From: Candidatus Limnocylindria bacterium | GTDB lineage: Bacteria > Chloroflexota > Limnocylindria > Limnocylindrales > CSP1-4 | DNA length: 64,000 nucleotides | Direction: 5' to 3' | Assembly (NCBI GenBank): GCA_035514295.1 | Contig: DATKBB010000012.1 | Span: 21,385 to 85,384 of the forward strand | In this document: one piece after another, positions 12,101 through 22,190 of the stretch | Numbering within the stretch: the first letter of the stretch is position 1 | Layout: each line of letters begins with the position of its first letter | The notes under the pieces: generated by a model | The model's database searches: none | Told to the model about the DNA's origin: nothing | Seen by the model: the letters and a program-made list of their open reading frames with translations, nothing else | Translations under genes and position numbers: made by a program

Positions 12101-12490
12101 CTACAACACGGCGTGTGCGTAAGTGGCGAGCGCGCCTGGCCAACCCGTAGACGCGCCGGTGCCCGCCACCACCTCGATGGTGCCGCAGACGACCCAGACG
12201 CCGCTTGCCCTCTCCCCACCGCCCAGCTGGACCGTGTCCCCTTCCCCGGCCACGACCCGGCCGAGGCCGTCCACGACGGCGAGCCTCTCGCCCTCTCGCG
12301 TCAACCGGAAGCCGAACGGCCAGATGATCCTCTCCGGCCGACCCGTGGCCGAGTCCAGCGCAATGAGCTCGCCGCCCTCCTGCTCGACAAGCTGGCCGGT
12401 GAAGAGGGCCGCCGGACATGCCTGGGCGCAAGCGCCAACAGCGAACAGCTGCACCACGACCGCAATCAGTAGCAGGCAGCTGACCTTCAT
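12101..12490 (-). CDS. small secreted/lipoprotein-like hypothetical protein (129 aa)
   Basis: N-terminal signal peptide MKVSCLLLIAVVVQLFAVGACAQ with possible lipobox. Lies in tandem directly downstream of the GNAT gene. No recognisable family. Confidence 0.4.
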   Translation of the reverse strand: MKVSCLLLIAVVVQLFAVGACAQACPAALFTGQLVEQEGGELIALDSATGRPERIIWPFGFRLTREGERLAVVDGLGRVVAGEGDTVQLGGGERASGVWVVCGTIEVVAGTGASTGWPGALATYAHAVL

Positions 12491-12499
12491 CGAGGCTCG

Positions 12500-13372
12500 T
12501 TAGCCGTGCCGCGTCGAGCCGATCCAGCGGGTCCACGAGAAGATCGGCTGGTAACCCAGCCGGCGGTACAGGTTGATGGCCGGCGAGTTGGTCTCGTCGA
12601 CCGACAGCCAGACCAGCTTGCCTCCGCCGGCCAAGCCGGCGCGCGTGGCGATGGCGGTGACCAGCGACCCGTAGCCCTGGCGCCGATGAGCGGCGGCCAC
12701 GCCGACGCCGTAGATGCCGGCCACTCCCTTGCCGGAGGCCAGCCGGGCAGTGGCCACCGGCGCCCCCCGCAGGCGGACGAGGTAGGCCCGAAACTGGCCC
12801 TGCTCGACGCCCGCGATCACTCGCTCTGCGCGTTCGGCGGCGCGGGCCGCGTCCACGCCGAAGACCTCACGCTCAACCGTCTCGAACTCGGCGGCCGAGC
12901 GCGGCGTGACAGCCTCCACGCGCAGTGCCGGATCGAGATGCGGCACCGTCGGCGGGTGGCGCGTCCACATCACTCGCTCGCGCTCCAGCTCGATCCAGCC
13001 GTTGCTCCCCAGCCAGAGCGGCAGGTCTCCCGGCTCGCTCAGCCCCTCGGCCACGACCAGCGCCGGCCACTCGCCGTGCGCCTGCATGTGCTCGTGCAGC
13101 CCGTGCAGGCGCTCCGACACGTCGGCCGCCGGCCAGCGCACGCGCGCCGCGAAGTTCAGGCCCGGCCCGTACCCCGGCTGCCTGAGGAGCACGACGCCCA
13201 GCTCGGGCACCTCCTCCAGCGTCGCCCCGGAGTGGAGCGGCAGCGACGCCAGCTGGAGCTCCATCGCCTCGAGCTCGTCGCGGGTCGGCGCGGCAGCGTC
13301 ATGCCCGGCGTCACTGCGCCGGCGGGCCGTGGCTGGCCGGCGCGGAGGGCTTCCGCCGGCGGTGTCGCTCAT
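12500..13372 (-). CDS. GNAT family N-acetyltransferase (two-domain, MshD-like architecture)
   Basis: GNAT motif A: GIYGVGVAAAHRRQGYGSLV. About 290 aa with two acyl-CoA N-acyltransferase-like halves. ATG overlaps the upstream gene's stop (ATGA). Confidence 0.7.
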   Translation of the reverse strand: MSDTAGGSPPRRPATARRRSDAGHDAAAPTRDELEAMELQLASLPLHSGATLEEVPELGVVLLRQPGYGPGLNFAARVRWPAADVSERLHGLHEHMQAHGEWPALVVAEGLSEPGDLPLWLGSNGWIELERERVMWTRHPPTVPHLDPALRVEAVTPRSAAEFETVEREVFGVDAARAAERAERVIAGVEQGQFRAYLVRLRGAPVATARLASGKGVAGIYGVGVAAAHRRQGYGSLVTAIATRAGLAGGGKLVWLSVDETNSPAINLYRRLGYQPIFSWTRWIGSTRHG

Positions 13373-14250
13373 CGGAGGGCGGTGAGGACCTCTGCATCGA
13401 AGCGCTCCATCAGGGCGACCAGTGCCTCCGCGTCCGACTCCACAAAGTCGAAGGTGAGCTGCTCGACGTCCAGCTCCGCGAAGGCGCGCACCTCGCTGAC
13501 CATCTGTTCAGGAGTGCCGGCCATCACGTACATCGGCCCTTCGTGGGCACCAAAGGCGACCCGCACTCGAGCGGAGACCAGCGGCATGGGGCGTCCGGCG
13601 GCCTCGGCCGCCTGCCTGAGCACGGGCAGGCGCACGGCCAGCTGGGCAGGGCTGCTGGCCGTGGCGTGATACCCGTCACCCAGCGTGCCCGCGCGCCGCA
13701 GCGCGGCCTCGTGCCGGCCGCCCACCCAGATGGGCACCTGCGCTCCCTGCGCCGGCAGCGGCGCGAAGCGCACCTCGTCGAATGAGTGAAAGCGCCCCTC
13801 GAACGGTCCCGTGCCGCCGGCCCACAGGTGGCGCCAGATGGCGATCGCCTCGTCCAGGTAGGCCCCGCGCCGGTGGAAGCGGTCGGCCGCGCCAACGTTC
13901 GAGAACTCGGTCTCGTTCCAGCCCACGCCCACGCCGGCGATCAGCCGCCCGCCCGACAGGGCGTCGATCGTGGCCAGCTCCTTGGCCAGCACGACGGCGT
14001 TGCGCATGGGCACCACCACCACGCTGATGCCCAACCGGAGGCTGGGCTGGATCGGCGCCAGGTGGGCCAGCGTGATCAGGGGATCGAAGACGCTGAAGTA
14101 GTCGGTGCTGCGCGGCGAGGCCTCGACCAGCAGGTGGTCCGTCGTGAACACGCCTTGCCAGCGCAGGCGAGCCGCCGTCTCGGCCGCAGCCTCGATGCCC
14201 TCCCGGCTGGCTCCTACGCGATAGCTGGGCAGCGCCAGACCGAACTCCAT
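13369..14250 (-). CDS. LLM-class (luciferase-like) flavin/F420-dependent oxidoreductase
   Basis: MEFGLALPSY... TIM-barrel LLM signature with ...GGRLIAGVGVGWNETEF... The ORF-track ORF (to 14835) is trimmed to the MEFG start, which overlaps the DUF885 stop. Confidence 0.8.
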   Translation of the reverse strand: MEFGLALPSYRVGASREGIEAAAETAARLRWQGVFTTDHLLVEASPRSTDYFSVFDPLITLAHLAPIQPSLRLGISVVVVPMRNAVVLAKELATIDALSGGRLIAGVGVGWNETEFSNVGAADRFHRRGAYLDEAIAIWRHLWAGGTGPFEGRFHSFDEVRFAPLPAQGAQVPIWVGGRHEAALRRAGTLGDGYHATASSPAQLAVRLPVLRQAAEAAGRPMPLVSARVRVAFGAHEGPMYVMAGTPEQMVSEVRAFAELDVEQLTFDFVESDAEALVALMERFDAEVLTALR

Positions 14251-16070
14251 CAGCCGGCGGCTGCCTGCTCGGCCAGGATCCGACGCACCCACTTGATGGG
14301 CGGCGTGCCGTGCGAGATGACCGCTTCGAGGTGCGCCCGGTAGTCGAAGCCCGGCGTCTCCCCCAGGCCGCCGACCAGCCGCGGCTGGGGCACGGCATCC
14401 GCGCCCGCGCCGGCCTGGAGTGCCGCTCGGCGGCGCGCCTCGAGCTCCATTTCCCACATCTCGAGCGAACCCACCCAGTAGGTCGACAGCTGCGTGGAGG
14501 TCAGCCGGGCGCGGAGGTACTTGGCCTCCGCCTCGTGGCGCTCCTGGAAGCCGCCCTCGATCATCAGCTCGAAAGCCTGCTCCTCGGCCATGCCGGCCGC
14601 GTGTATCGCGTTGTCGATGATCGCGTTGGTGATCGCGCGCAGGTAGAACTTCCAGTGCACCAGCAGGGTGGCCGGGTCGTCCGCGCGGTAGCCCAGGTCC
14701 ATCATCACCTGCGTGACGTAGACCGCCCAACCCTCGGCGAAGAGACCGCTCGTGAAGATCTGTCGGCCCAAGTGGGGCGAGCGATTGGACCAGGCCAGCT
14801 GGAGGTAGTGGCCGGGCACGCCCTCGTGGATGCACAGCAGGCTGAGCATCCTGTCGTTCTCCTCGCGCAGGTAGGACTCGACGGCTTCGGCGCCCTTGCT
14901 CTCATCCGGCGGGGTAACCCAGAAGTAGCTCGACAGGCCCTTGTCCAGCACGCCCGGCGACTCGAGGAAGGCGCCTCCGTAGGCACGCATGAAGACCGGC
15001 GTCCAGGTGACCTTTAGCGGCTCGTCGGGCAGCCCGATCACGTCCCGTTCGCGGCAGAAGTCCTCGATGCGGCCCACCTCGGCCGTGCACCACTCGAGCA
15101 GCTCGTCGGGCCGGCGATGCTCCTGCGCGATGGCGTCCAGCACGCGCCGGACGATCTCGTCGTCGCCCTCCAGCATGGGCTCCGCCGGCAGCCACTGGGG
15201 CCACAGCTCGCGCGAGAGACGCACCATCTCCGCGCGGACCGCCTCGTAGTCGCGCCAGGCGCGGTCCAGCAACTCGTCCGGCGGAATGTCCGTGCCGAGC
15301 GTGCGCTGCAGCTTGGCGGCAAACAGCTCGGGGCCAAGCCGACCCTCGCCCTCCGAGCGCTCCAGGATGTCCGTCTCCAGCGCCCGCTGGAACTCGGCCA
15401 GGGCCTGCCTGGCCGGCTGTGCGGCCGTGCGCAGCAGGTCCAGCAGCTCTGGCGCGTCGCCCGCCGCGGCACGGGACTGCGCTTCGTCCAGGGCCTGCTC
15501 GATGAGGTCGTTGACGCCGGAAAGCTGGCGGGCGGCCGTTTCGGTGTGCAGCCGCGACACGGGCCGGTCGGGCAGGCCGACAAGCGCCTCGCGGGCCTGG
15601 GCCAGCAAGCGCGGCAGCCCCTCGACGCGGCCAGCGACCGCAGCGCCACGGTGCGCCCAGGGAGCGAACTCGCGGGCCAGCAGCCCGAACAGCCCGCTGC
15701 CCATCAGGTAGACATAGCTGAGCGGGTCCCATGCATCGCTGCGCAGGGTGGCGTCGCTGAACTCCATCTGCTCGATGGCCTCCAGCACCACGCCGCAGTC
15801 GACCTTGTCCGCCCGCGACAGCTCCTCCTCGGGCACCTGCTCGAGACGGGCGCGGTGGTGGCGAAGCATGGCCAGCCGCTGCGCCCGGCCGGCCTCGCTC
15901 GTGTCCGGCCAGCGATCGTCGTAGGCGTGGAAGCCAATCTGGGTGGCCCACACCGGCTCTGCGCCAAAGAAGTCGTCCAGGAAGCGGTGCAGTGCGTGAC
16001 CGAAGGTCGTCCGCGGCTGCGGCCGGCCGTCGGGGGCCAGGGAGACGAAGCGCGGCGCGGCTTGGGCCAT
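14250..16070 (-). CDS. DUF885 family protein (putative metallopeptidase-like)
   Basis: Conserved HEGVPGHYLQ motif and overall DUF885 length (about 600 aa). Start placed at MAQAAPRF. Confidence 0.7.
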   Translation of the reverse strand: MAQAAPRFVSLAPDGRPQPRTTFGHALHRFLDDFFGAEPVWATQIGFHAYDDRWPDTSEAGRAQRLAMLRHHRARLEQVPEEELSRADKVDCGVVLEAIEQMEFSDATLRSDAWDPLSYVYLMGSGLFGLLAREFAPWAHRGAAVAGRVEGLPRLLAQAREALVGLPDRPVSRLHTETAARQLSGVNDLIEQALDEAQSRAAAGDAPELLDLLRTAAQPARQALAEFQRALETDILERSEGEGRLGPELFAAKLQRTLGTDIPPDELLDRAWRDYEAVRAEMVRLSRELWPQWLPAEPMLEGDDEIVRRVLDAIAQEHRRPDELLEWCTAEVGRIEDFCRERDVIGLPDEPLKVTWTPVFMRAYGGAFLESPGVLDKGLSSYFWVTPPDESKGAEAVESYLREENDRMLSLLCIHEGVPGHYLQLAWSNRSPHLGRQIFTSGLFAEGWAVYVTQVMMDLGYRADDPATLLVHWKFYLRAITNAIIDNAIHAAGMAEEQAFELMIEGGFQERHEAEAKYLRARLTSTQLSTYWVGSLEMWEMELEARRRAALQAGAGADAVPQPRLVGGLGETPGFDYRAHLEAVISHGTPPIKWVRRILAEQAAAG

Positions 16071-16164
16071 CGGCAGAACCTGCTCCTGTGAATGCGGGGA
16101 GGGCAATCGTAGCCGCCGGGGCCCGATGTAGCATGCGGACGGCAAGCGCACTACGAGGGGAGCG

Positions 16165-16563
16165 ATGCTCGACTATCTCATCCGCGTGGCGATCATTGCC
16201 GTCGTGCTCCTGATCGCAGTCATGGTCGTGCCCGGCGTGGAGATTCCCACCGAGCTGTGGCAACTCGGCGCCGTGGCCCTGATCTTCGGCGTGGTCAACG
16301 CGTACCTGCGGCCCATCGCCAAGCTGCTCAGCCTGCCGCTCACACTGGTCGGCCTGGGCATCATCGGCCTGGTCATCAACACCGGCCTGGTGCTGCTGGT
16401 GGCCTTCGTCAGCGGCGAGCTCGAGCTCGGCTTCTCGCTGGCCGGCTGGCCGCCGGGCGACTTCGATGTCGACGTGCTCATGGCGGCCTTCCTGACGGCC
16501 CTGCTGGTCAGCCTGGTCTCGACCGTCCTGGGCCTGGTGCGCACGCTCACACCCGGGATGTGA
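16165..16563 (+). CDS. phage holin family 4-TM membrane protein (PF04020/YvlD-like)
   Basis: 132 aa with four hydrophobic helices and the typical N-terminus MLDYLIRVAIIAVVLLIAVMVVPGV. Its stop overlaps the lysA GTG start. Confidence 0.6.
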   Translation: MLDYLIRVAIIAVVLLIAVMVVPGVEIPTELWQLGAVALIFGVVNAYLRPIAKLLSLPLTLVGLGIIGLVINTGLVLLVAFVSGELELGFSLAGWPPGDFDVDVLMAAFLTALLVSLVSTVLGLVRTLTPGM

Positions 16564-17804
16564 ACCCGGAGCTGGCGGAGGCGGCCGTTGCGGCCGTCCG
16601 ACGCTACGGCTCGCCGCTCTACCTCTACGACCTGGCCCGCCTGAAGGCAGACGCCGCCGCCGTCCGTTCTGCCTTCGCGGATCCCTGGCTGCGCCTCTAC
16701 TCGCTGAAGGCGAACGGGCTGCCGGCGCTGGTGCGCGAGGTCGCCGCGCAGGGTTACGGGGCCAGCTGCGTGTCGGGTGGCGAGCTCGCGCTGGCGTGGC
16801 GGGCCGGTCTCGCGCCAACGCAGACGACGCTGGAGGGCGTGGGCAAGTCGCGTGTCGACCTGGCCCAGGTTGCGCGGCTGGCGGCGGCCGGCAAGGCCCT
16901 GCTGTGGGTGTCGCTGGAGAGCCCGGAGGAGGCGGCCGAGCTGGCCGGCCGCGTGCGACGGGCGGGAGTGAGGCAGGACGTGCTGGTGCGCGTCAACCCC
17001 GGCGTGTCGCCGGAGACGTCGCGCGGCCTGGCGGTGGGAGCGGCCGACTCGAAGTTCGGCGTGCTGGCCCAGGAGCTGCCGGCGGTCATTGAGGCGGGCG
17101 GCGGCCCGGACGGGCCGCTGCGCTGGCGCGGACTGCACCTGCACGTCGGCTCGCAGCTGGGCGCCGTGGACGCCTGGCGCTCCGCCTTCCGGCTGGGCCT
17201 CCGCCTGCTCGAGCTCCAGCGCGCGACGCTGACCGACTTCGACACCCTCGACGCGGGCGGCGGCTTCCCGGTGACCGACGTTACGGGCTCCGTGCCTTCG
17301 GCCGCCCGCTTTGCGGAGGAGGCGGCGGCCGAACTGGACGCCCTGCCACTCGCGGCTCGTCCGGCGCGGTTGGCCGTGGAGCCCGGCCGGGCGCTGGTGG
17401 CCGGCTGCGGCTGGCTGGTCGGGCGCGTGCTGCACGTGCGGGCGCGGGAGCGGCAGATCGTCGTGCTGGACGCCGGCATGACCGAGCTGATCCGGCCGGC
17501 CCTCTACGGCGCGGAGCACCCCATGCTCGCTTTGACCAGCCTGGGGCGGCCGACGGGCGAGCAGGAGGCCGGCGTCGCCCCCGTGCGCGTGGACGGACCC
17601 GTCTGTGAGTCGACGGACACACTGGGCTGGGCGACCCTGCCGCCGCTCGAGCGGGGAGACGTGGTAGCCGTGGGACTCGCCGGCGCTTATGGCTCGGCCA
17701 TGGCCAGCACGTACAACGGGCGCCCGCGGTCGCCGGAGATTGCCTGGGACGGGGAGCGGCTGACCGTCTGGCGCCGGCGCGGGAGCCTGCGGGCGTTGCC
17801 GTAG
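16560..17804 (+). CDS. lysA: diaminopimelate decarboxylase LysA
   Basis: PLP fold-III decarboxylase motifs: ...GSPLYLYD..., ...LHLHVGSQ..., and the C-terminal beta-domain ...GAYG... About 415 aa from GTG 16560. Confidence 0.85.
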   Translation: MNPELAEAAVAAVRRYGSPLYLYDLARLKADAAAVRSAFADPWLRLYSLKANGLPALVREVAAQGYGASCVSGGELALAWRAGLAPTQTTLEGVGKSRVDLAQVARLAAAGKALLWVSLESPEEAAELAGRVRRAGVRQDVLVRVNPGVSPETSRGLAVGAADSKFGVLAQELPAVIEAGGGPDGPLRWRGLHLHVGSQLGAVDAWRSAFRLGLRLLELQRATLTDFDTLDAGGGFPVTDVTGSVPSAARFAEEAAAELDALPLAARPARLAVEPGRALVAGCGWLVGRVLHVRARERQIVVLDAGMTELIRPALYGAEHPMLALTSLGRPTGEQEAGVAPVRVDGPVCESTDTLGWATLPPLERGDVVAVGLAGAYGSAMASTYNGRPRSPEIAWDGERLTVWRRRGSLRALP

Positions 17805-17872
17805 AACGGCTGCGTTGCCTGAGGACTTCCCCACTTGGGCGTGTAACCTGTCCGTCCGATGAGCACCGCCCA

Positions 17873-19816
17873 ATGAGCAAGCCTGCCGCCTCTGCCGCCC
17901 GCCGCGCCTTCGCCGATCGGCTGAAGCGTGCCCCACTGCTGGTCGACGGCGCGATGGGCACGCTGCTCTTCAGCCGGGGAGTGCCCCAGCGCACGGCCCT
18001 CGACGAGCTCGCCGAGAGCCGGCCGGACCTGATCGGGACGATCCATCGCGAGTACATCGCCGCCGGAGCGGACGTGCTGGAGACCCACTCGTTCGGGGCC
18101 AACCGGCTGCGGCTGGCACCCTTCGGCCTCGCCCAGCGGGCGTTCGCGCTCAACCGTCAGGCCGCTCGCCTGGCGCGCGAGGCGCGCGACGTGGCGGGCA
18201 CCAGCGACGTGCTGGTGGCCGGCTCGATCGGGCCGCTGACGGCGCCCGTACATGGACCGGCGAAGCCGCCCCAGGGCGACATCCGGGCCGCCTTCCGCGA
18301 ACAGCTGGAGGGACTGCTGGAAGGTGGCGTGGACCTGCTCATGTTCGAGACCTTCAGCGACCTCGACGAGCTGCTGACGGGTGTGGCCGAGGCGCGCGCC
18401 GTCTGCGACCTGCCGATCGTGGCCCAGATGACGTTCGGAGAGGAGCTCACCGCGATTGACGGCACCAACCCGCAAACGGCGGCGACCGCGCTGGCCACGG
18501 CGGGGGTGGACGCCGTCGGCGTGAACTGCGGTGTGGGCCCACTGATCTGCCTCGACGCATTGCTGCAGATGGGGCAGCCCTCTGTCGGGCTGGCCCGCTC
18601 GATCATCCCCAACGCCGGCTTGCCACAGCGCGTGGAGGGCCAGTTCGTGTACGCCGCCGGGCCGGCTTACTTCGGTGAGGCCGTGGGCCGCTTCATGGCC
18701 GCCGGCGCGCGCATCCTGGGTGGCTGCTGCGGTACGACGCCCGAGCACATCCGCCACATGCGCCAGGAGATCGATCGGACGGTTGCGCGGGAGCAGGCCG
18801 CCTCGGTCATCGCGCCAGGCCCCACCGGCGCCGCTCCGCGCACGCCCATCGTCGAGAAGACGGCCACACCTCAGGGCGAGCCCCCGCCGCCCACCCGCCT
18901 GGCACAGGCCCTGGCCGAGAAACGGTTCGTGGTCAGCGTCGAGATCGACCCTCCCCGCTCCGTGCGCATCGAGCGCACGATCGAGGCCGGCCGGCTGCTG
19001 CAGGAAGCCGGCGTCGACCTCGTCAACATCAGCGACAGCGCCATGGCCCGCGTGCGGATGGGCGCGATGGCCGTCGCCTTCGGCCTGCAGCACGACCTCG
19101 ACCTGGAGTGCCTGGTCCACTTCACGACGCGCGACCGCAACCTGATGGCGCTCGAGTCGGAGCTGCTGGGGGCGCATGCGCTGGGCGTGCGCAACATCCT
19201 GGCCCTGACCGGCGACCCGCCGCGGGTGGGGGAGTACCCCACCGCCACGGGCATCTGGGACATCGACTCGACCGGCCTGATCGCTATCTTGCGCCGCCTC
19301 AACCGGGGCGAGGACCAGGCCGGCAGACCGATCGGCTCGCCCGCCGGCTTCACCATCGCCTGCGCGCTGGACCCCACCGCCGCCGAGCTGGAGCACGAGC
19401 TGGACCGCCTGACCGGCAAGCTGGAGGCCGGCGCGGACGTGATCATGACTCAGCCCATCTACGGCGCCGCCCAGTGGCAGCGCTTCATGGAAGCGGCCGC
19501 GCGACGCTGGCCGAGCGGGCTGCCCAAGCCGGTGCTGCTGGGCGTGCTGCCGCTACATACGGCCCGCCATGCCGATTTCCTCCACCACGAAGTTCCCGGA
19601 ATCACCATTCCCGACGAGGTGCGCGCGGCGATGCACGCAGCCGGAGAGCGGGGCGCGGACGTGGGGCTGGAGATGGCCCACGCCCTGCTCGCCGACCTCG
19701 CGACGCAGATGCAGGGCACCTACATCATGCCCAGCTTCGGGCGCTACGAGCAGGCCGCCGAGCTGGTCCGGCGGCTGCGTGCCGAGCAGGGCGCTGCGAC
19801 TGGAGTAGAGTCCTAG
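17873..19816 (+). CDS. bifunctional homocysteine S-methyltransferase / 5,10-methylenetetrahydrofolate reductase (YitJ-like)
   Basis: N-terminal Hcy-binding (pterin/zinc Hcy methyltransferase) domain LLVDGAMGTLLF... with GCCGTTPEHI Cys ligands, and a C-terminal MetF-like TIM barrel. 647 aa. Confidence 0.85.
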   Translation: MSKPAASAARRAFADRLKRAPLLVDGAMGTLLFSRGVPQRTALDELAESRPDLIGTIHREYIAAGADVLETHSFGANRLRLAPFGLAQRAFALNRQAARLAREARDVAGTSDVLVAGSIGPLTAPVHGPAKPPQGDIRAAFREQLEGLLEGGVDLLMFETFSDLDELLTGVAEARAVCDLPIVAQMTFGEELTAIDGTNPQTAATALATAGVDAVGVNCGVGPLICLDALLQMGQPSVGLARSIIPNAGLPQRVEGQFVYAAGPAYFGEAVGRFMAAGARILGGCCGTTPEHIRHMRQEIDRTVAREQAASVIAPGPTGAAPRTPIVEKTATPQGEPPPPTRLAQALAEKRFVVSVEIDPPRSVRIERTIEAGRLLQEAGVDLVNISDSAMARVRMGAMAVAFGLQHDLDLECLVHFTTRDRNLMALESELLGAHALGVRNILALTGDPPRVGEYPTATGIWDIDSTGLIAILRRLNRGEDQAGRPIGSPAGFTIACALDPTAAELEHELDRLTGKLEAGADVIMTQPIYGAAQWQRFMEAAARRWPSGLPKPVLLGVLPLHTARHADFLHHEVPGITIPDEVRAAMHAAGERGADVGLEMAHALLADLATQMQGTYIMPSFGRYEQAAELVRRLRAEQGAATGVES

Positions 19817-19847
19817 GCGACCGGCTTTCCCGGAGACGAGGGGTCTG

Positions 19848-21605
19848 ATGAGGAGCCTGCGCAAGCTCTCGCTGCCCGCCGCGCTGTTGTTCGTGCTGGC
19901 CAGCGCGGCCGCCGCGCTGGCCGCGACGCCGCCGTCGCCGGGCGCGCCGGAGGCCGGCCCGCCCTTTCCGCCGCCGGTCACGGACGTGGTCGTCTACGAC
20001 TATGCCGACATCCTGTCGAGCGACACGGAGACCTCGCTGACACGCTCGATCGTGGCCATCGAGCAGCGCGTGGGCGCCGAGATCGTGGTCTACACCCAGT
20101 ACAAGCCGGGCTCCACCGAGGACTCGACCCTGGCCGACGCCATTGCGCTGATGGACCAGTGGGGGGTTGGCCGGCGAGGGTTCGACGACGGCCTGGCCAT
20201 CCTGATCAACATGAACCGCGAGCAGTGCCTGCCCGGCGCCTCGGGCAACGGCCAGGTGCAGCTGTACGCCGGACCGGGCTACCGGGCAACGTTCCTTTCC
20301 AACGAGCAGCGCCAGCAGATCTTCGAGGACGACATGCTGCCCCTCCTGCGCGACTGCCAGTTCGATGCAGCCCTGGCCGTGGGCATGGAGCGCATCGACG
20401 CCGCGGCCACGCCGGAGAACGCCCAGGCTTTGGAACGCGCCAGGCTCCTCGACGCCATCCTGGGGCTGGTCGTGGCGCCAATCGTCTTCCTGCTGCTCGT
20501 GGGGACGGCGGCGAGCTCGTGGCTGCGCTACGGCAAGGACCCGGTCTACCTCGACAGCCCCTCGATCCTGATGCCCGCCCCACCTGCCAACCTGACCGCC
20601 GCCTCGGGCGCGGTGGTGTGGGAGGGCAAAGCCACGCGACGCGCGCTGACCACGGCTCTGCTCGACCTGGCCAGCCGCGGCGAGCTGGCCTTCACGCCGG
20701 AGAAGAAGCTGCTCCGCGAGCGCGCCGGCATCCAGGTGCTGGACGAGGAACCGACCGATCCGCACACCATCCGCAATCGACGGCGACCACTCAGCCAGGC
20801 AGAGAGCTACGCGCTGGACCGGGTCAAGAGCCTCGCCAACAAGGAGCCGGGCGGCTACATCGAGCCAGATTCGTTGGTCGGGTTGGCTCCGTCAGTGAAG
20901 AAGTTCGAGGAACGGCTCGAAAAACACGTCGCGCGCCAAGGCTGGTTCCGCGAGCCGCCGCACGCGGCCATCCGGCGCTGGCAGGGTCGCGGGATCATCG
21001 TGCTCGTGCTGGGCTTCGTGGGCGGCATCGTTGGCCTCGAGATCTTGCCCAGCGGCGGCGTGCTGCTGCTCGGCATCGCGCTGGGCGCCGCCGGCGTGGC
21101 GATGATCATCCTGGCCCGCGTGATGCCGGCCCGGACGATGGCCGGCGCGATGATCTACGCCATGCTGGCCGCCTACCGCCGGACGCTGCACAAGACAATG
21201 GAGCAGGCGCGGTCGATGAACGAGGTCGTCGATCGGGCCGGGCTGGACTGGCTGGAGACTCCCGACCAGGCGCTGGTCTGGGGGGTGGCCCTGGGCCTGC
21301 ACGACCAGGTGCAGGAGGTCATCGAGCGCAGCGTGGAAGACGCGCAGGCCGGCATCACGGATCACAACCCGTGGGTACCTCGCTGGTACAGCAGCTCACC
21401 GGCAACGGCGGGCTCGGGGGGCTTCGCCGGCGACCGCGGCCTGGCGCCGGGCCTGTTCTCCTCTTCGGGCGTGCCCAACTTCGGGTCGATGATGGCTGCC
21501 GTGGGTACGATCGGGGCGGCGAGCTCGTCCTCGTCGGGTGGATCGGGCGGCTTCAGCGGCGGCAGCAGCGGTGGCGGTGGGGGCGGCGCCGGGGGCGGCT
21601 TCTGA
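19848..21605 (+). CDS. TPM-domain (TLP18.3/Psb32/MOLO-1 phosphatase-like) membrane protein with Gly-rich C-terminal tail
   Basis: Signal peptide, TPM motif VVVYDYADILS...GAEIVVYT..., several TM helices, and a C-terminus SSSSGGSGGFSGGSSGGGGGGAGGGF. Architecture is DUF2207/YgcG-like. Confidence 0.65.
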   Translation: MRSLRKLSLPAALLFVLASAAAALAATPPSPGAPEAGPPFPPPVTDVVVYDYADILSSDTETSLTRSIVAIEQRVGAEIVVYTQYKPGSTEDSTLADAIALMDQWGVGRRGFDDGLAILINMNREQCLPGASGNGQVQLYAGPGYRATFLSNEQRQQIFEDDMLPLLRDCQFDAALAVGMERIDAAATPENAQALERARLLDAILGLVVAPIVFLLLVGTAASSWLRYGKDPVYLDSPSILMPAPPANLTAASGAVVWEGKATRRALTTALLDLASRGELAFTPEKKLLRERAGIQVLDEEPTDPHTIRNRRRPLSQAESYALDRVKSLANKEPGGYIEPDSLVGLAPSVKKFEERLEKHVARQGWFREPPHAAIRRWQGRGIIVLVLGFVGGIVGLEILPSGGVLLLGIALGAAGVAMIILARVMPARTMAGAMIYAMLAAYRRTLHKTMEQARSMNEVVDRAGLDWLETPDQALVWGVALGLHDQVQEVIERSVEDAQAGITDHNPWVPRWYSSSPATAGSGGFAGDRGLAPGLFSSSGVPNFGSMMAAVGTIGAASSSSSGGSGGFSGGSSGGGGGGAGGGF

Positions 21606-21640
21606 CTTACGGAGGCTGCCCGCGCTAGACTCGGCCGTAG

Positions 21641-21970
21641 ATGGGTGCAGTGGAAACGATGGAGCTGTTCTTCGAGCGGCTCAACGATGGTGACCGGACC
21701 GGCGCGGTCTCGCTGATGGACGAGAAGGCCGAGATGCGCGTCCACGTGCTGGGCAACGTACGCACGTTGCGCGGCGTGGAGCAGGTGGGCGGCTGGTTTC
21801 TGCGCGCCGACAAGGGCCTGCGCATGATCCCCGGCGAGGTGCGCGACATGGGCAACACCTACGAGTGCGACGTGCTGGTCATGCGCCCCGGCGCGCCTTC
21901 ACAACACCTCGACGCCACCTTCCGAGTCGAAGCCGGCAAGATCACGGCCATCAACCTGGCTCCACGCTAG
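21641..21970 (+). CDS. nuclear transport factor 2 (SnoaL-like) family protein
   Basis: 109 aa with the alpha+beta cone pattern (ELFFERLNDGD..., ...FRVEAGKITAINL). Confidence 0.5.
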   Translation: MGAVETMELFFERLNDGDRTGAVSLMDEKAEMRVHVLGNVRTLRGVEQVGGWFLRADKGLRMIPGEVRDMGNTYECDVLVMRPGAPSQHLDATFRVEAGKITAINLAPR

Positions 21971-22190
21971 GTCCGGCGCGGGCGCCGTCGGGCGCTTGCG
22001 GCGGCCTGACCGCACCCGCCGGCCGTCCGTAAGGCCCGTCGCGCAACCGCACGAGTCGCTGTGGGTGACTCATGAGTCACCGCGGCGACTCGGGCGTCGG
22101 GCCGGGAGCCGGCCAAACTACCCGGACGACCGGTTCTTGCCCGATACATCTGGAAACGCGCCGGTCCGGCCGGCGCCCCGCGCTACGCTC

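Noticed and set aside
13369-14835. N-terminal extensions of the LLM oxidoreductase ORFs (also 27631..28845 and 34386..34553) and of the GH57 ORF (9416..9811)
   Set aside because: The extensions overlap upstream genes or lack RBSs. Internal starts with GGAGG-type SD sites coincide with the conserved family N-termini.
14902-16818. 638-aa minus-strand ORF and other very long ORFs overlapping annotated genes on either strand (for example 17687..19396, 20159..21628, 30747..32066, 32123..33493, 41893..43254, 46198..47337, 3784..4281)
   Set aside because: These are typical shadow ORFs of 70% GC DNA. They overlap genes with clear family signatures, are Arg/Ala/Pro/Gly-rich with low complexity, and lack recognisable motifs.
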